A DNA stretch of 63,400 bases, the filler included, from Octopus bimaculoides (taxonomy: Eukaryota), in the NCBI RefSeq assembly GCF_001194135.2. It is 4 parts of 4 records of this genome, joined end to end, with 100 filler letters (N's around TTAATTAATTAA, not from the genome) between each part and the next. Parts side by side here need not be neighbours in the genome. Positions count along the whole stretch, not along the records: positions 17,046 to 41,779 come from NC_068984.1; 3 more parts are not named here. One strand, given 5' to 3'. Below, one piece after another: positions 26,871 to 41,239 of this stretch (its first letter is position 1; every line of letters begins with the position of its first letter). The position numbers were made by a program, and so were the translations under genes. The notes under the pieces were generated by a model. It was not told the DNA's origin. It worked only from the letters and a program-made list of their open reading frames with translations, and made no database searches.

Positions 26871-28449
26871 GGTTTTAAATAATGATGTAGCTCAGTCAAT
26901 GTGGTACCCAGCATGACCGCAGCTTTGAAGCTGAAACATTTTAAAGATTAAAGATATATATATATATATATATAATACATATGAAGAAGGAAAAATAGTA
27001 CGATCAGAAGCAGTGCACGTGGACTATGTCACCTGATCTGAATACATGAAAGTGAGACAGATCTTTCGAAACTATAGAAAGCTCCTATCTTGATGAGGTC
27101 GTAAAATCCGGAACATGCTCATATTTCTCTTTTTCCTGTAAATAAGGATTAAACTTTCCTTCTCCCAAGCATGTTAAATTAAGGCTGAAAGATCAATTCT
27201 TAATTTCTTGAAATTATCTCCCTTTTCTTTTGAAGATCGCTAGCGGCCACAGCAAGTGGTCTGTTGATAATTTCTTCTGATTTTCAATAAGGAATCGAAA
27301 ACTTCCAGTCATTTCGGGGTTGTCCTGCTTGGTATTCAATGCTGACGAGAAAGTAAGAGCTCAAAATGCATACATTAGTTCATGGAGAATGTTACAAAAT
27401 GACTTTGTTTTACACCTTTTGCTTAAAGTGAGAATTTTTCCCATGGCAAACCGCAGTGAAAATGGCATTTTTTACCGTTCAACCATATTTGAACTGATGG
27501 AAAAGTTTGTTTAGTTACCGCATAGTTTTTTTTTTTTTTGCTTCGTTTCACCAATTAAGAAGAAAATTTCAATGAATCAAGAATTTCTTTGTGTACGGCA
27601 CTCATAATGCGCTTTGTCTGCTACTCAACAGCCTCGGTTAAGCCCTAAGTTCTATTTCTTTTCTCTCTCTCGCTTTTTCTTTCAGTTCCTTGAAAGCATA
27701 AATTTTGTTTCATCTGTAATTTAACTATTGATCCACCTTATCTCAGCATCAACTATCAAAAAAGATTGTTTGATTCAATAAATAGATATCAGACATAATA
27801 AATATTAACTGCAATTATATATATATATACTGTGGTTTTGACAACTTCCTCTCATTACATTGCTGTTAGCTAAATCGATGTTAATGAGTTACATTTACCA
27901 ATAAAATACCATGCTGTGACAGATATAATCAGTTTTCCTCCATTAAAATTCAAATTGTGAGATGCAAACATTTTATAATTAAAACAGCTTAACAATAAAT
28001 TTTTCATTTTATTGATATGATATTGATAACACATCATTGATAATTGTAATCGTGTTGGATATGTAATTTAATGAGAGATTCTCACTTGGTTTGTTAATTT
28101 TATACCTAGTTTAACCGCAATAATTTATTTAAAACAACTAAATCAAGAGAAGGAACCAATGTGGGAGTTTCTACGCAGTCATTCTGTCTGTTAGAAAAAC
28201 AACCAAATCTTCCCAGAATCATACCCTACTATCTGCCTAAAAAGGACAATCACGCTGGATAATGTTGTTCTAGACACACTGTTTCTGAATAAAAGATTGA
28301 TTGGTCACGGTTGGAACATCTCCGATAACAGATCTACTCGATGAGGCAGATATAGAAATAAAAAGCAGTATCAGTTCTGAAGATAAAGTGAACCATTTTT
28401 GTAACAGACTCCAATGATATCTTGAAATATTTAAGACTAGAATATTCTT

Positions 28450-28880
28450 TTCTTCTCGAGGTACAAGTCCCGAAATTTTGGGGGAGGGCGCCAGTCGATT
28501 AGATCGACCCCCAGTACGTAACTGGTACTTAATTTATCGACCCCGAAAGGATGAAAGACAAAGTCGACCTTCGTGGAATTTGAGCTCAGAACGTAACGGC
28601 AGACGAAATACCGCTAAGAATTTCGCCCGGCGTGCTAACGTTTCTTATTTCTTTATTGCCCACAAGGGGCTAAGCATAGAGGGGACAAACAAGGACAGAC
28701 AAACGGATTAAGTCGATTGCATCGACCGCAGTGCGTAACTGGTACTTAATTTATCGACCCCGAAAGGATGAAAGGCAAAGTCGACCTCGGCGGAATTTGA
28801 ACTCAGAACGTAACGGCAGACGAAATACCGCTAAGCATTTCGCCCGGCATACTAACGTTTCTGCCAGCTCGCCGCCTTTA
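28450..28880 (-). mobile_element. Head-to-tail dimer of a young SINE with a target-site duplication
   Basis: Two near-identical CpG-rich copies flanked by tttaagact(a/g)gaatatt on both sides. Confidence 0.85.
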
Positions 28881-29702
28881 AGACTGGAATATTAACCGGA
28901 GAAATACGCTATCTACAGATACACTATTTCTGAATAGAAGGGATGGTCGCAGTTGGAGTATCTCTGATCTCTGAAATAGAACGATTCAATCATGATTGAC
29001 GTAGAACTAAGCAACATCAAGTGTAAAGAAAACGGTGGACCATTTTTGTAACAGACTCCAAAAATATCCTGAAATATTCAAAGATATTAATCGAAGAAGG
29101 AAGCTACCTACAGAATTAGAACTTGTGTAGCATTATCATTGATTCTCTTTAGTCTTCAAGAATTTATTCATAATTGGAGAATTAAGGGAAAAAAATGTAG
29201 TTTTGGATTGATTTCTTCTAAAGCGTGTGTCTGATAAATTTAATCAGACTCCTTTCAAATTCCGAGTTTATTATTGATTATCTATCAATCAATATCTATT
29301 TATCTGATACAAGTGTCATACAAAGAGCGCATCAATTGATTTTTTCCCTTATCAGATGCACTCCTCCATATATGATTATCCCTTTTGTGTATTGATCCCT
29401 TCCCTATCGCATATTGATCGTTAATGAATGAATCTTCGATCTATACACATCGTAGGATTGGAGATCAACACCGCAGAAAACTAAGAATAGGTCTCCTTGC
29501 GGTTGCTCGATTTGCTGTAAATAACATCCAAATATTTCTAAAAATCACATCTTCCGTGTTTTAAAAAGAATACACTGGTTAAAGTAATCCTAGATTTTTT
29601 GTACCTGAATAAAAGGCAGAATGGTCAAAGCTGGCTCGTCTTAGTCAATAAACCTGCTTTATCAGAATTGATCTGGAACTAAGCAACACAATAAGTTATA
29701 AT

Positions 29703-30052
29703 CAAAGGAACACTCCGTCAGTTACGACGACGAAGGTTTCAGCTGACCCGAGCAATGGAACAGCCTGCACGGGAAATTAACGTGCAAGTGGCTGAATACT
29801 CCACAGACACGTGTACCCTTAACGTAGTTCTCAGGGAAATTCAGCATGATACAGAATCTCAGGGAGATTCAACATAACACAGCATGACACAGCATGGCCT
29901 TTGAAATACAGGTACATTTTTGCCAGCTGAGTGAACTGGAGCAAGCTGAGATAAAGTGTCTTGCTCAAGGACACAACGCGCCGTCTAGAACTGCACTCAC
30001 TACCTTACGATCGTGAGCCGAATACCCTAACCACTAAGCCATGCGTTTTCAC
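29703..30052 (-). mobile_element. tRNA-derived SINE (46641 family)
   Basis: Reverse complement carries the tggcttagtgg A box, the gagcaagacacttt core and the cgtcgtaactgacggagtg tail. Confidence 0.8.
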
Positions 30053-30289
30053 ACAACTAATAATAAAATAGATATAAATTTAAGATGAGGAACCTATGCT
30101 TACACATGTGTTTTGCTGCCGTTAAAAGAGATATGTTGTAATTTTTTCTGTTACCTAGGAGATGCAGTCCAGTAAGGTTGGGGCCTTTTAGAAGAAGTAA
30201 TTGTCTTAGGTTATTGTAATTTTAGTATATCATTACTATACATCTAATAAGCTGAAATGCTAACTTTTGTTATTCCAGATTGAAGGAAA

Positions 30290-31455
30290 CGGCTGTAGGA
30301 ACACTTTAAACACACTCTACTAAACACTGCTTATTACAGTTTGCAGAATACAGTCGGGATGTGAAGACAATTTGGAAGCTTGCTATACAATAAAGTTTTG
30401 TGCTAAACTGAGCAAAAACGCTACATAAACTTATGAAATGCTCCAGACAGCTTATGGATTAACTTGTATAAGTCGAGCATCTGTTTTTCGCTGGCACAAA
30501 ATGTTCAAGTACGGTAGAAAGGAAGTGAGAGACGATGAGGTTGCGGGAGGGATATGGTTGAGAAAATTCATAATTTTCTGGATGAAGGCCGTCGTGTGTT
30601 TAGAAAGACAATAAGCGAACAGTTTGAAGTTGATGTGGCAATTGTATACAGAATTATTTGTAGAGATCTTAATATGCACGAAATTTGTCAAAGTTTGTTC
30701 CCAGGGCTCCCAGCGACGAACAGAAGTGAAGACGCATTGATGGCAGCAGGAAAATGATCGGCCTCATTACCTCCAGTGCAAGAGTACTTGAGTCTCTGAT
30801 GACCTGTGAAGAAAGCGGGATTTACTGTTATGATCCAGTGACTGCTCGTAAGAGATGGAGTTCTCAATAGAAGTATCCTGGTTCCCCAGATCTAAGAAGG
30901 CCAATAAACTAGGTCCATTGGGAACTCATGAGGATCCTCTTCTTTCGACAGAAAGGGCATCATCTACATCCAAGAGGCTCCTTTTGGCTAGAGGGTCAAG
31001 AAAGTGCACTCTGTGGAGGTTTTAAGGGGGTTCAGGAAGAGAGATTTCATCGAAAAAGGCTAGACCACTTCCATTCAGGTCAGTGACCAACACCAGAACA
31101 ATATACCATTCCACAATTCTATCTTGGTAACCAACTATTTAACAGAAATGGACATCAAAACTGTCCCCCACCTTCCCCTCAATCTAGTCCTTGCATCTTG
31201 TGACTTTAGGTTGTTCTCGAAGCTCAAGGAGAACCCCATGGGGAATCGTTTTGAAGGCATTGAGAAGATGGAAACTGTGGCAAGGGTCTCGGACACCTTA
31301 ACTTGTAGTATTTCTATGGGGCCTTCACGAAGTGGCTGGAGCGTTATAAGTACATTAGCCAGAGGATCTTACTTTGAAGGAGATTAGAGTTTTGTACAAC
31401 TGTGAAAGTAATAAATATCTCTCCTGAAAAGTATCAAAACTTCTGGAATGCACTT
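30290..31455 (+). mobile_element. Degenerate mariner transposon
   Basis: IKFCAKLSKNAT..YEMLQTAYG, VFRWHKMFK.GR..VRDD, and VPHLPLNLVLASCDFRLFSKLK (YSPDLAP-like). Confidence 0.85.
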
Positions 31456-32184
31456 TTTATTTATAATTTCGGAAACTGTGCGAAAATAATCAAGTATCGT
31501 GAAAATGGACAAATCACAACGGCGATGACGTGATAGGAATTGATTCCTTAGTCAGAAGTTCTACCCTTCTCCGTCATCTGATTAATTCCGCTGCGTCTTC
31601 AGTTCATTATGTAAAAGCAATGAATTCTTCAAATTTCGAATATGTTCGAAAATTAGATTAGTTATAATTTTCCATATTGAGCGTACGTGTTTGTGTGTGC
31701 ATATGTATCTGTGTGAGTGTGTACTAATCTGTATGCATTACTATGAATAGTAAACTTTAAAATAGCATAGTATTTGCTCCATATATATTTGAAGATACGA
31801 AAACTACAATTTTTCTTCAGTGATATAAAAATTTGATCTTCCATGCGTGATTTATATAATTCACTTTGCCACTTGATTGAAAATTTCGTGTGTTAGAAAC
31901 AGCAGAAGATTGCTCCGGGTTTGCATTAGCTATGTCACACGTTAATACTGTGGAATAGCAAAAGTATTACATTACTAGGCCAAATACCTGACATTTTACA
32001 TTACATTCTGAATGCCATTGACACCAAGGTCAACTTAGCTTTCACTTTGCTGATATAAAAAAAATAGCCAGTCAATATCTATATGAGTAATACTTCACTA
32101 ATACTGATGTGTAGGCTTGTATTAAGGCTAGAAGAAATGAAAACTGTAGAATATTGGATTAAATGCATAACTAACTTTTATGAT

Positions 32185-32340
32185 TATGTGTTAAGAAGTT
32201 TGTTTCCCGAACACGTGGTTTTCGGGTGCGATCCCATTACGTGGCTCCTTAGGCAAGTAACTTCTACTATAGGCCAACCAAGGCCTTGTGAATGGGTTTG
32301 GTACGCGGAAACTGAAGAAAGCCCGCCGTATAGACGTATA
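32185..32340 (+). mobile_element. SINE (ggcaagtgtcttctactatagcc...ggaaactgaaagaagccc family)
   Basis: Same family as 41445, 42700, 43040, 50800 and 54720. Confidence 0.7.
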
Positions 32341-32747
32341 CACACATACACACACACAAATAGACAATCAATAACACTCTCACACTACTATTACTACTTC
32401 TCGCCAATGTTTACAATCCATTCAAGGTGATTCCTCGTGTGAGTCCTCAAACCACTAAAATCAATATGGATATGAGCATGACTTATTAAACAAGCACGTG
32501 ATCTAGCTCGAGAAATCTCAACGTGGACACTGGGGATATGCGGGAAGATTGGTGTTCTTTAGTTAATTTTCAATTTTCCGTAACTATTCTTCATGAAATA
32601 CCTTTTGAGTTTGGAAATTTTGAAGTTGGAAAAACCAATCAGTCTTCAAGTATGCACGGTTTCTCGCAAGATTCTCAAAGTTTTCTTTTGTAATGTTCAG
32701 GCGTTTCAAATTATCTTAGAATTTGTCCTTATACCGTAGTGGCTGGC

Positions 32748-32806
<59 letters not shown>

Positions 32807-33039
32807 CATGTATGTATGTATCCATGTATGTATGTATGTATGTATGTATGCATGTATGTATGTATGTATGTATGTATGTATGTGTGTATGTATGTATGTA
32901 TGTATATACGCGCACACAGATATATGAGATATATGTAGGTATATTTTTGTCTCCTTGTCTTGACATCACGTGATGATTGTAAACGAGCAACACTGTCTTA
33001 CAAGCGACGTTGTTCGATTCAAATCTTCCGTGAAAACGT

Positions 33040-33225
33040 TTGGCTGTAGCGAAAAGATAACCTTGCTTGGAAAAAAGCTGAGGATTGACAAGAAGGGCAT
33101 ATGGGGTTAAAATCTGCCTCAGCAAAATCCGTCTGACTCATGCAAGTATAGAAAAGTTGACGCTAAAACGACGACGATAATAACGACGACGACGACCATG
33201 ATGATGATGATAATGATGATGATGA
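33040..33225 (+). mobile_element. RTE 3-prime tail fragment
   Basis: aagggcat...aatctgcctcagc...gactcatgcaagtatagaaaagttgacgctaaaacgacg followed by (GAT)n. Confidence 0.55.
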
Positions 33226-33663
33226 TTCTATGTACTGAATTCTACCCCCAACATGATTTATTTTGTATGTTATCAGCCCAGAATCAGGGAAGTACTGCTG
33301 GCCTTATTCAGTAGTATACACCACCTCCCTCACCCCTCATTCCACTAGAACTGGTGGTCCTGTGCCAATCTGAGAAATCGTTATACCACTTTTAGAAGAA
33401 GTTTCATTTCATGACAAGAGATGGAAATTTGAATCTTACGCAATTTGGTGAAACCTAATTTCGTGTCACAGAGTCAAACAGCTTAACAATGGGAACTTTA
33501 GAAACTTAGCTAATTAAGATCCACTTGATACTTAAGAGCTACTTAAGTAGTTAAACAATTTTGAAATCTTTTAACTTCGTATTTCATATACTGTGTCTTC
33601 GTAATTTCGTTATCGTCTATTTTACAACATTTATAACATTAAAAACGTAATAGATTATTATTA

Positions 33664-33720
<57 letters not shown>

Positions 33721-33978
33721 GAAAACTCACAGCTTATTTTGCTGGGGATGATGGAAAGTATCAACTATCCACAGCCAGCAGAATAAGATGATACTTGTTA
33801 ACTAGTCATGCTTCAAGAACCCTGCGAAAAATTCTTGCAGTTCCAAGCAATGCTGATTTTTATAGGTGTTCTACCTTCACACTTGCACCGATCTTTTTCA
33901 GTCATGCTGAAAGTTGAGTGCTGATACTTTCATGTGCTCCAATTACTATTGGTATCACATCTACTCTTTTCATTGACC

Positions 33979-34025
<47 letters not shown>

Positions 34026-34627
34026 GTTAAAAGTCAGCTTCAATCTTGCTTGCTTGTAATGTTAATCAGTGAAACTGGCACATAATGGGAAAATACCATA
34101 AACTAAGTTTACCTTGAAACGTTAATACGAATCGAATGAAAATTAGTTTCGCATAAATTGGTAAAGTAGTTTTTAAGATAGAGAATTTCAGGGTAAAAAT
34201 ACCCTAATGAGAAAATGCTTAAAAAATAATCTTCATCCTGAAACGGAAGAAACTCTTATCTTTTTATTAGGCAGTGAGATGACAACGAAAACAAAAACGA
34301 TTTTTTTCTTTTTACAATTTCTATTTTCACTTTTGTTAAGCACAATATTTTAATCATTTACAAATATTTTTTAATAAATGTAATTCCAAAAATGTCAGCT
34401 GTTTGTACAGTAAGTATGTATATTTTAGCTTTCTTAAACACAATATTTTTATGTTTTTTAAAATTATTTTCAAGTGAATACCATTACAAAAAAAAAATTT
34501 AGCATATTTAAAAAAATATTCTAAAGTGAAAATGACTTTAAAAATACGATAGATGTTTCGTAAAAGACCTGTTCGTAACCTCAGTGTGAAATATTTTTTT
34601 TCGAATGCATTTAACGTATCTCCTCTC

Positions 34628-34750
34628 CAAAGATTTGACTGGTATTTCTAGCACACCCTGCTACCACGTAACAGGTATTTGCGATTAAGGACACGAAATG
34701 CCTGTTACTTGGTTGCAGGGCGTGCAAGAAATAGTAGCCAAATCTTTCCA
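34628..34750. repeat. Nested hairpin / inverted repeat
   Basis: tatttctagcacaccctgc pairs with gcagggcgtgcaagaaata; inner gtaacaggtatttgcg pairs with cgaaatgcctgttac. Confidence 0.8.
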
Positions 34751-35146
34751 ACCTTCGGGTAGTTTAGTATATGTATATACACCCACACACAAACACACAC
34801 ACACACACACACACACATATGTGTANNNNNNNNNNNNNNNNNNNNNNNNNNNNNNNNNNNNNNNNNNNNNNNNNNNNNNNNNNNNNNNNNNNNNNNNNNN
34901 NNNNNNNNNNNNNNNNNNNNNNNNNNNNNNNNNNNNNNNNNNNNNNNNNNNNNNNNNNNNNNNNNNNNNNNNNNNNNNNNNNNNNNNNNNNNNNNNNNNN
35001 NNNNNGTGATAAATGTGTAAAGGCAGTTTAATTAATATTTATTTTTCACTGACTTTATTACTGTTATTTCTTTATTTTCTGCAAACAAAGTGCACAAAAA
35101 AGCTACACGTTTGCATTGTTATATATACAATAATAATAAAGGACGT

Positions 35147-35312
35147 TACCGTATATACGTTTACAAACCAAGGACGTTATATAGACCTCCTTGACTCAAG
35201 TTAGAGAAGGGGTGCGTATTATACACAAGGTTTAGGTTTTTCAGAAGTACAGCCCCCTAAAAATCCCCTGCGTATTATACTCAAGGGCGGACTATACTCG
35301 AGGATTTACGAT
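35147..35312. mobile_element. Small pogo/Tigger-like MITE remnant
   Basis: Right end gcggactatactcgaggatttacg resembles the ccgtaaatcctcgagtata-type TIR; left end taccgtata is degenerate. Confidence 0.45.
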
Positions 35313-36152
35313 ATATATATAAAGTGGACAATAATAAACAGGGAATATATATATATCAGAACCATTTATGGTTCTGGTATATATTTCCTGCGCAGTGGAG
35401 AAATATAACATAATTAAGAAGCACATATGCTTACTCAAGAAAAGAAGTGAGATGCTATCAAGTTGCAGACATTAGAAGGAATTCCTTTTAAAATTTTATT
35501 TGAACTGCAGATAAGATAAACATTAGATGACGCAAGACCAGTGAAAATAGCAGTGGCTGTGGAGACATAATAATACCAGCAACCAAATAATAAAATGAAT
35601 GATACAGGATATAGTGAATTTTTTACGATGCAAAATAACTATTTCGATTTCATCACTTCTAGTCGTAACCGGAACAAACTTTGAGAACCGACAACATCAA
35701 ACATTTACAGAATTCTACTTGTATTTAATAAGGAACACTTTAGAATTAATTTAACTAAATTTGTTTGTGCCTCAGTTCTTATAGTACTATTATATAAAAG
35801 CGTTATTTACTTTCTCGGCAACTAGAAATATGCTTTCCCTTGCGTTTCTGTTTTAAATTTTGATTCAACAAATTATCTGCTCTCTTGAACTAAAGAAGTT
35901 TCTCTCCATTTAGAAAATAAATTAAATAATCACTCGAAGCTCTTGAACTTAGTGAATAATATTATTATTGGTCACAATCAGTGGTCGAGGTACTACTTCC
36001 TTCATGGAGTCTTTTGCAGTATAAAAGCTATATTTATTATATCCATTTTCGTTCTGAGGAATCACGAAATTACTGCAACACACTTAGAAAATATCTCACA
36101 AGCTTTCAGTTCATAGAGTTCTAAGTTTATACATATGTATAGATATGTACAA

Positions 36153-36229
<77 letters not shown>

Positions 36230-37253
36230 CGTCTGTCTGTCTCTCTGTCTTTTTGTCCGAGTAAAATAGGAATCAAAGGGTTAAAAGATGGTTGAAAAAA
36301 TACTATGCTAAATAGTAATGGTATTTGACCCTAATTTCTGACCTAGAGTTGAAGCCGGTTTCTCTGCTATCGGCACTGGTCTCACCACGACTAGTTTCGG
36401 AAGCCTTGAAAAGTGTTATGAGCACTGCTTTTACTCCTATGCGATTAAAATCGGAACAGTGTTGTATCCAGAATAGAGCAACTAAGACAAAATCATTGAT
36501 TCACTAACTTGCGAAGTTAAAGCCATTACAAAACATAGACACCAGAAAAGACGATACAAGCAGATGGCGAAAACACGTTAAAACTGTAAAAGAAAAAAAA
36601 AATGATATTGGAAACACTTGTAAACGAGGGAAAAAAATACATAAACCCATAAAGTTTTAAGAGTAATCGGAATTCTAATTATGAATTCGCTTTGAAAATC
36701 TCTTGCAAAAATCAGACAAAAAGAAAAAAGAGAGAGGCGATATTTTTAACTTGCTTTACTGAACCTATTAGCAGTCTAGCGTAAAACAAACCTGCAGCGA
36801 AATCTTTCTCTCTATTCCTCTCGTTTAATACTCGTTGCTAATCACGTATCCATTGCCAACAAATTATGAAGAGTCATTTTGTTCATTGGATATTGGCATA
36901 GTTAACGATAATTGTCTAATCCTCATACAATCAACAATATCTATTCTTAGAGTTCCGTGTAGTTAGTTGGAAAGTGATTACAGGTAACGCGAGCCGTTTT
37001 ATAAATACACAGATACACGCATATTTTGTATATGTATATATATACTTATAGACATAGGCATATATGCATACATGCATACATACATACATACATACATACA
37101 TACATACATACATACGGATATACATATAATTACAAGTTCCAAATATACATAAAAATAGCTAACGCACAATATCTTCATATTTTCTTGTATGTATGTGTAC
37201 TCACATATATACATACATATGTACATTTATCTTGTTGACGTCATATATATCTA

Positions 37254-37254
<1 letters not shown>

Positions 37255-37342
<88 letters not shown>
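37255..37342. repeat. (TG)n microsatellite; one of many TA, CA, CT, TATC, TATG, TAT and GGAA tracts in the window
   Basis: Direct reading. Confidence 0.97.
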
Positions 37343-37344
<2 letters not shown>

Positions 37345-37809
37345 ATTGCTAAGGGGATTATAAGAACAAACTGTATTCATTAAAAGATTCAAGAGAAAGA
37401 TGGCCCCCTAGAGAATGGTTGCTTCATTTATAAGAAATATTTTTAATACTCTCAACAAAACAACAAGAACAAGTAACGCGAACGTTACCCGAGTGGCCTC
37501 GGGATACAGTATTTGAAACTTTAAAAACAAGACTTAACAAAAGTTGGATCAAGAATTCTCATAAAAAACGTAAACCCAAAATTAGCAGAGTATAAACAGG
37601 GGACGTTAATAAAGTTATTTGTTCAAGAAATTAAGCCAGTTAGTGGCTTAAGAAATTAAGCCAAATTAGTGACTCTACAATAGCAACAACACAGTCAACT
37701 TAAAAGTTGTATATCCCGTGAAATGTTATTCAACGGATCGTTATAACGCCACTCACAGATACATTCTAGGATTTGGTTAATAAGCATGCTGTCTACTACA
37801 ATGGCTTCT

Positions 37810-38000
37810 AATTTTAGCACAGGTCTAACTATTTTTGAGGGGTGAAGTAAGTTGATTGAATTTGACACCAGGGCACAACTTAGTTAATGTAATCGATTCC
37901 GAAAGGAATTAAATGCAAGGTCATACTCGGTGGCATTTGAATGTTAAACCGAAAAAAATATACTGCTAAGCAATTTGTCCGGCATGTTAACGATTCTACC
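37810..38000 (-). mobile_element. Old SINE copy
   Basis: Degenerate match to the 28450 family. Confidence 0.55.
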
Positions 38001-38061
38001 GTTTTGCTACATTTACCTCTACTACAATGGCCTCAGCTTCTGTGATCCTAATTGTTTAGTG

Positions 38062-41000
38062 CAGGGGTGCGCAACCCCTAGAACGCGTGCCAAACATGGC
38101 ACGCCAATAACTTGTTTCTGACACGCGAAATCCTCTCTCTAGTAATCCCCCATTGAACGACATTCTCTCAATAGTATACAGCGACTTTCTTATTGCTCAG
38201 ATACATTTTACATTACAAATTAGGCCTACCTTTATTTAATGATCTCCTCCCAGACCCAACCAATGTTTTGGTTTCAGCTTCCGAAACTTGAATTCATTGA
38301 CAAAACAACCACATACTTATTCAAAATTTCTTTCGATGCGCACTACAGCAGTGACGTCATCATTATGCCCTATTCTGGCAGTGCTGAATAAAGGGAAATA
38401 GGTTAGTGAATGAATGACAAGCAAACACTGAAGCCGTTTAAAGAATTTAATATATTGGTAGGGCTTCCTTCGACATTCAACTGCGCCTTACGATTCGAGT
38501 TGACTAGTGTAAGCTACGATTAATACACTATGCTCTATTTGTCCATATTTATTTTGTTTGGGCAATATTTTTAGTTTACCGCATTTATGCTGTTATCCAT
38601 AGGCCTCAGCACTAGCGTAGCTAGAGTGTGTGCCACCCGGGGCAGCTCTTCCTTTTACTGTCTCCGGACCCCGCAAAAAACGCATATTGCCTACAGCAAT
38701 AGCCTACAACAGTAAGAAAAGTGTCGCTTATTGCGGGCTGCCCCAATGTCCCCCTCCAGCTACTCTAGTGAACTTCAGTAGCGTATTTAGTGGAGGTCAT
38801 CGGCATGGCTTTACCATATTTTGTGATTTGTGTGACTATAGGTTTGATTGATACTAAACTTGTGTGACAACATGTTTGATTATGCTGCCTATACGAGTGT
38901 AAAATATATTCCATGGTACATATATCCGGTCAGATTAGAAATCCTTGTAAGAATAGACAAGTTTTCTAGATTTTACCTTTGTAATACAAACCCGACCTAT
39001 ATATGAAACGTAAGTTGAAAAATATGCTTACCTTTATGCAGTTCTTCCCTGATTTCCAATCATGCTATTTGTTATGACTTACGAATACATTGAATATACT
39101 TGTACAGCTTGTATACAATATCACGACTTTTTCGACAATTTCTAATAAATAAGCCAGTACAATATTATAATTTTTGTTACGCAGTTCATTTGATGTCCGT
39201 AGATTTTCAAGTGACTAAATCTTATTTAGAGGTCCGCCGGTCGATACTGGATACAGTTAGTTGACCGTAGTAATGTTTTCATTGTAGTTGTTGCGTGTAC
39301 ACTGAGCATATAGAGCACATGTATTGCATATGTACGAGATTATGCTTACACCGGATTGTTATCTCGGCCTTGAACTGTTGGACATGTCATCACTTCTTGA
39401 AATGATTTACTGTAAGCATCAAATTATTCGCGGCCATAAAATTTCGCGATTTGTTGCATGCTATGTCTTTTCTTTACTGATCTTTGCGCCACGCCCTTCC
39501 TACCATTTTGTGGGGATAGCAAACTATTTTTTTTCATTTACTTTAATTTAAAAAACTAATAAAAAGTAAAGTGGTTTGAGCAAGCTTATTACTCACTTAA
39601 TGACATTTTATTTTTTTTGTGCCTCCTTTTTCGTGTATAATCATTATCTAATGTATGTTTTTTCTGCCCTTTATACATTGTGCAGAATATCAGGACCACC
39701 AGCTAAGAAACGATGTCATTCAACTGAAGAGATTATTAGAGAATTTCAAAAATACTGGACTGAAAAGTTTGGTATGATTAAGAGAGACAATAAAGCATTA
39801 TGTATGTTCTGTTCTGAAACTGTTGTTTGTAGAACCTCTTCTGTAAAAAGGCATTTTGAAAGTGTTCATAAGAACTTAAGCAATAAAACTGAAAAGGAAC
39901 AAAGAGAATTAATTTCTCGTGAACTCAGCTAAACAAAAACAAAAAAAAAAAACAGGCTGATACTTTTATAAGCTTTATCTTGGGCAAGCCCAGTTCCAAC
40001 TTAGTTGCTGCTCGTTTTGAGGTTTCAAAAGTCATTGCCCAGTGATGAGGAGTATATTAAAGAAGCTTGACTAGAGTGTGCGCCTTTCCTTTTTGAGAAT
40101 TTTTCAGAAAAGGTAAAGGTTACTCAGCGCATTAAAGAATTGTCTGTGAGTAGGAAAACAGTTAAGGATAGAATACTTAAATTGGAGAAGAATACTTCTG
40201 AACAATTGACAAAAGATTTGTCTCCATGTAAGTTTTTTTTTTCTATTTGTATTGATGAAAGTACGGACATTACATCATCAGCTAGGTTAGCCATTTTTTT
40301 CTCGATTTTGTAAAGGTGACGAAATATGTGAAAAGATGGTTGCTCTTCTAACACTGCCTGAGTGTACTACTGGGCCTGAAATATGTAAAGCAGTTGTGAC
40401 CGAATTCTTTTCTCGACAAATTGACATTTCAAAAGTTGTATCCGTCACAACAAATGGTGGCCCCAGCATGACTGGTGAGAAGGCAGGATTTATAAATCTG
40501 CTTGCAAAAGAAGTTGGTTATACACTGATAGGTTTTCATTGCACACATGGGGAGGTTTTATGTGCAAAAGCTGGCCTGAATGAACTTCATGAAGTGATGC
40601 AAACTATTACCAAGATTGTAGGTTGTTCATTACATTTCTGCTGGGGCTTTAAATAAGAGACAATTTCAAGTTTTAATAAATGAGGTAGAATCTGTATATA
40701 AAGGACTGAACATGTACAATAGTATTCTATGGCTTAGCCGAGATTTGGTTCTGAAACGATTTGTTGAATGCTTAAATGAGATAAAGTTCTTTTTGAATGA
40801 CCAACGTGTTTCTCATCAAGAATTGTCTGACATCATGTGGGTTTGTAAACTGGTGTTTTTTTCAGATTTTTGTGACCATTTGAATGACTTGAATGTTAAA
40901 TTACAGGGCTCTGGGAAGACACTTGATGTTATGTTTGGTTACATAAAGGCTTTTGAAATGAAAGTAGAAGCTTTTAAGAGGGATGTGGACAATGAGAGAT

Positions 41001-41210
41001 TTAGATACTTCCCAAACGTAAAGAGGTACATCAGTGATTTCTCAAAAGATAGCAGAACAGAGCGCCAATGTCTTCAAAAGCTGTTTGTAAATATTATCGA
41101 GTCAACTGTTGAGCAGTATTTTTTACAAGGTTTGCTAAATTCAGAGAACTGGAAGGTTTGGATTTCTCAGTTATTTTCCATTTAGTCACATGCGGTGTTT
41201 CGTTATCTTT
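38062..41210 (+). mobile_element. hAT (Buster/SPIN/GTF2IRD2-like) transposon, pseudogenised, right end missing
   Basis: TIR caggggtgcgcaac preceded by gtttagtg (nnnTAnnn). BED-like finger ALCMFCSE...VKRHFESVH, IDESTDIT, TTNGGPSMTG, WLSR..VLKRF, LNDLNVKLQG; stops and frameshifts. Confidence 0.9.
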
Positions 41211-41239
41211 CAAAGTCCCTAACCAACTTAGTAGCTTTA

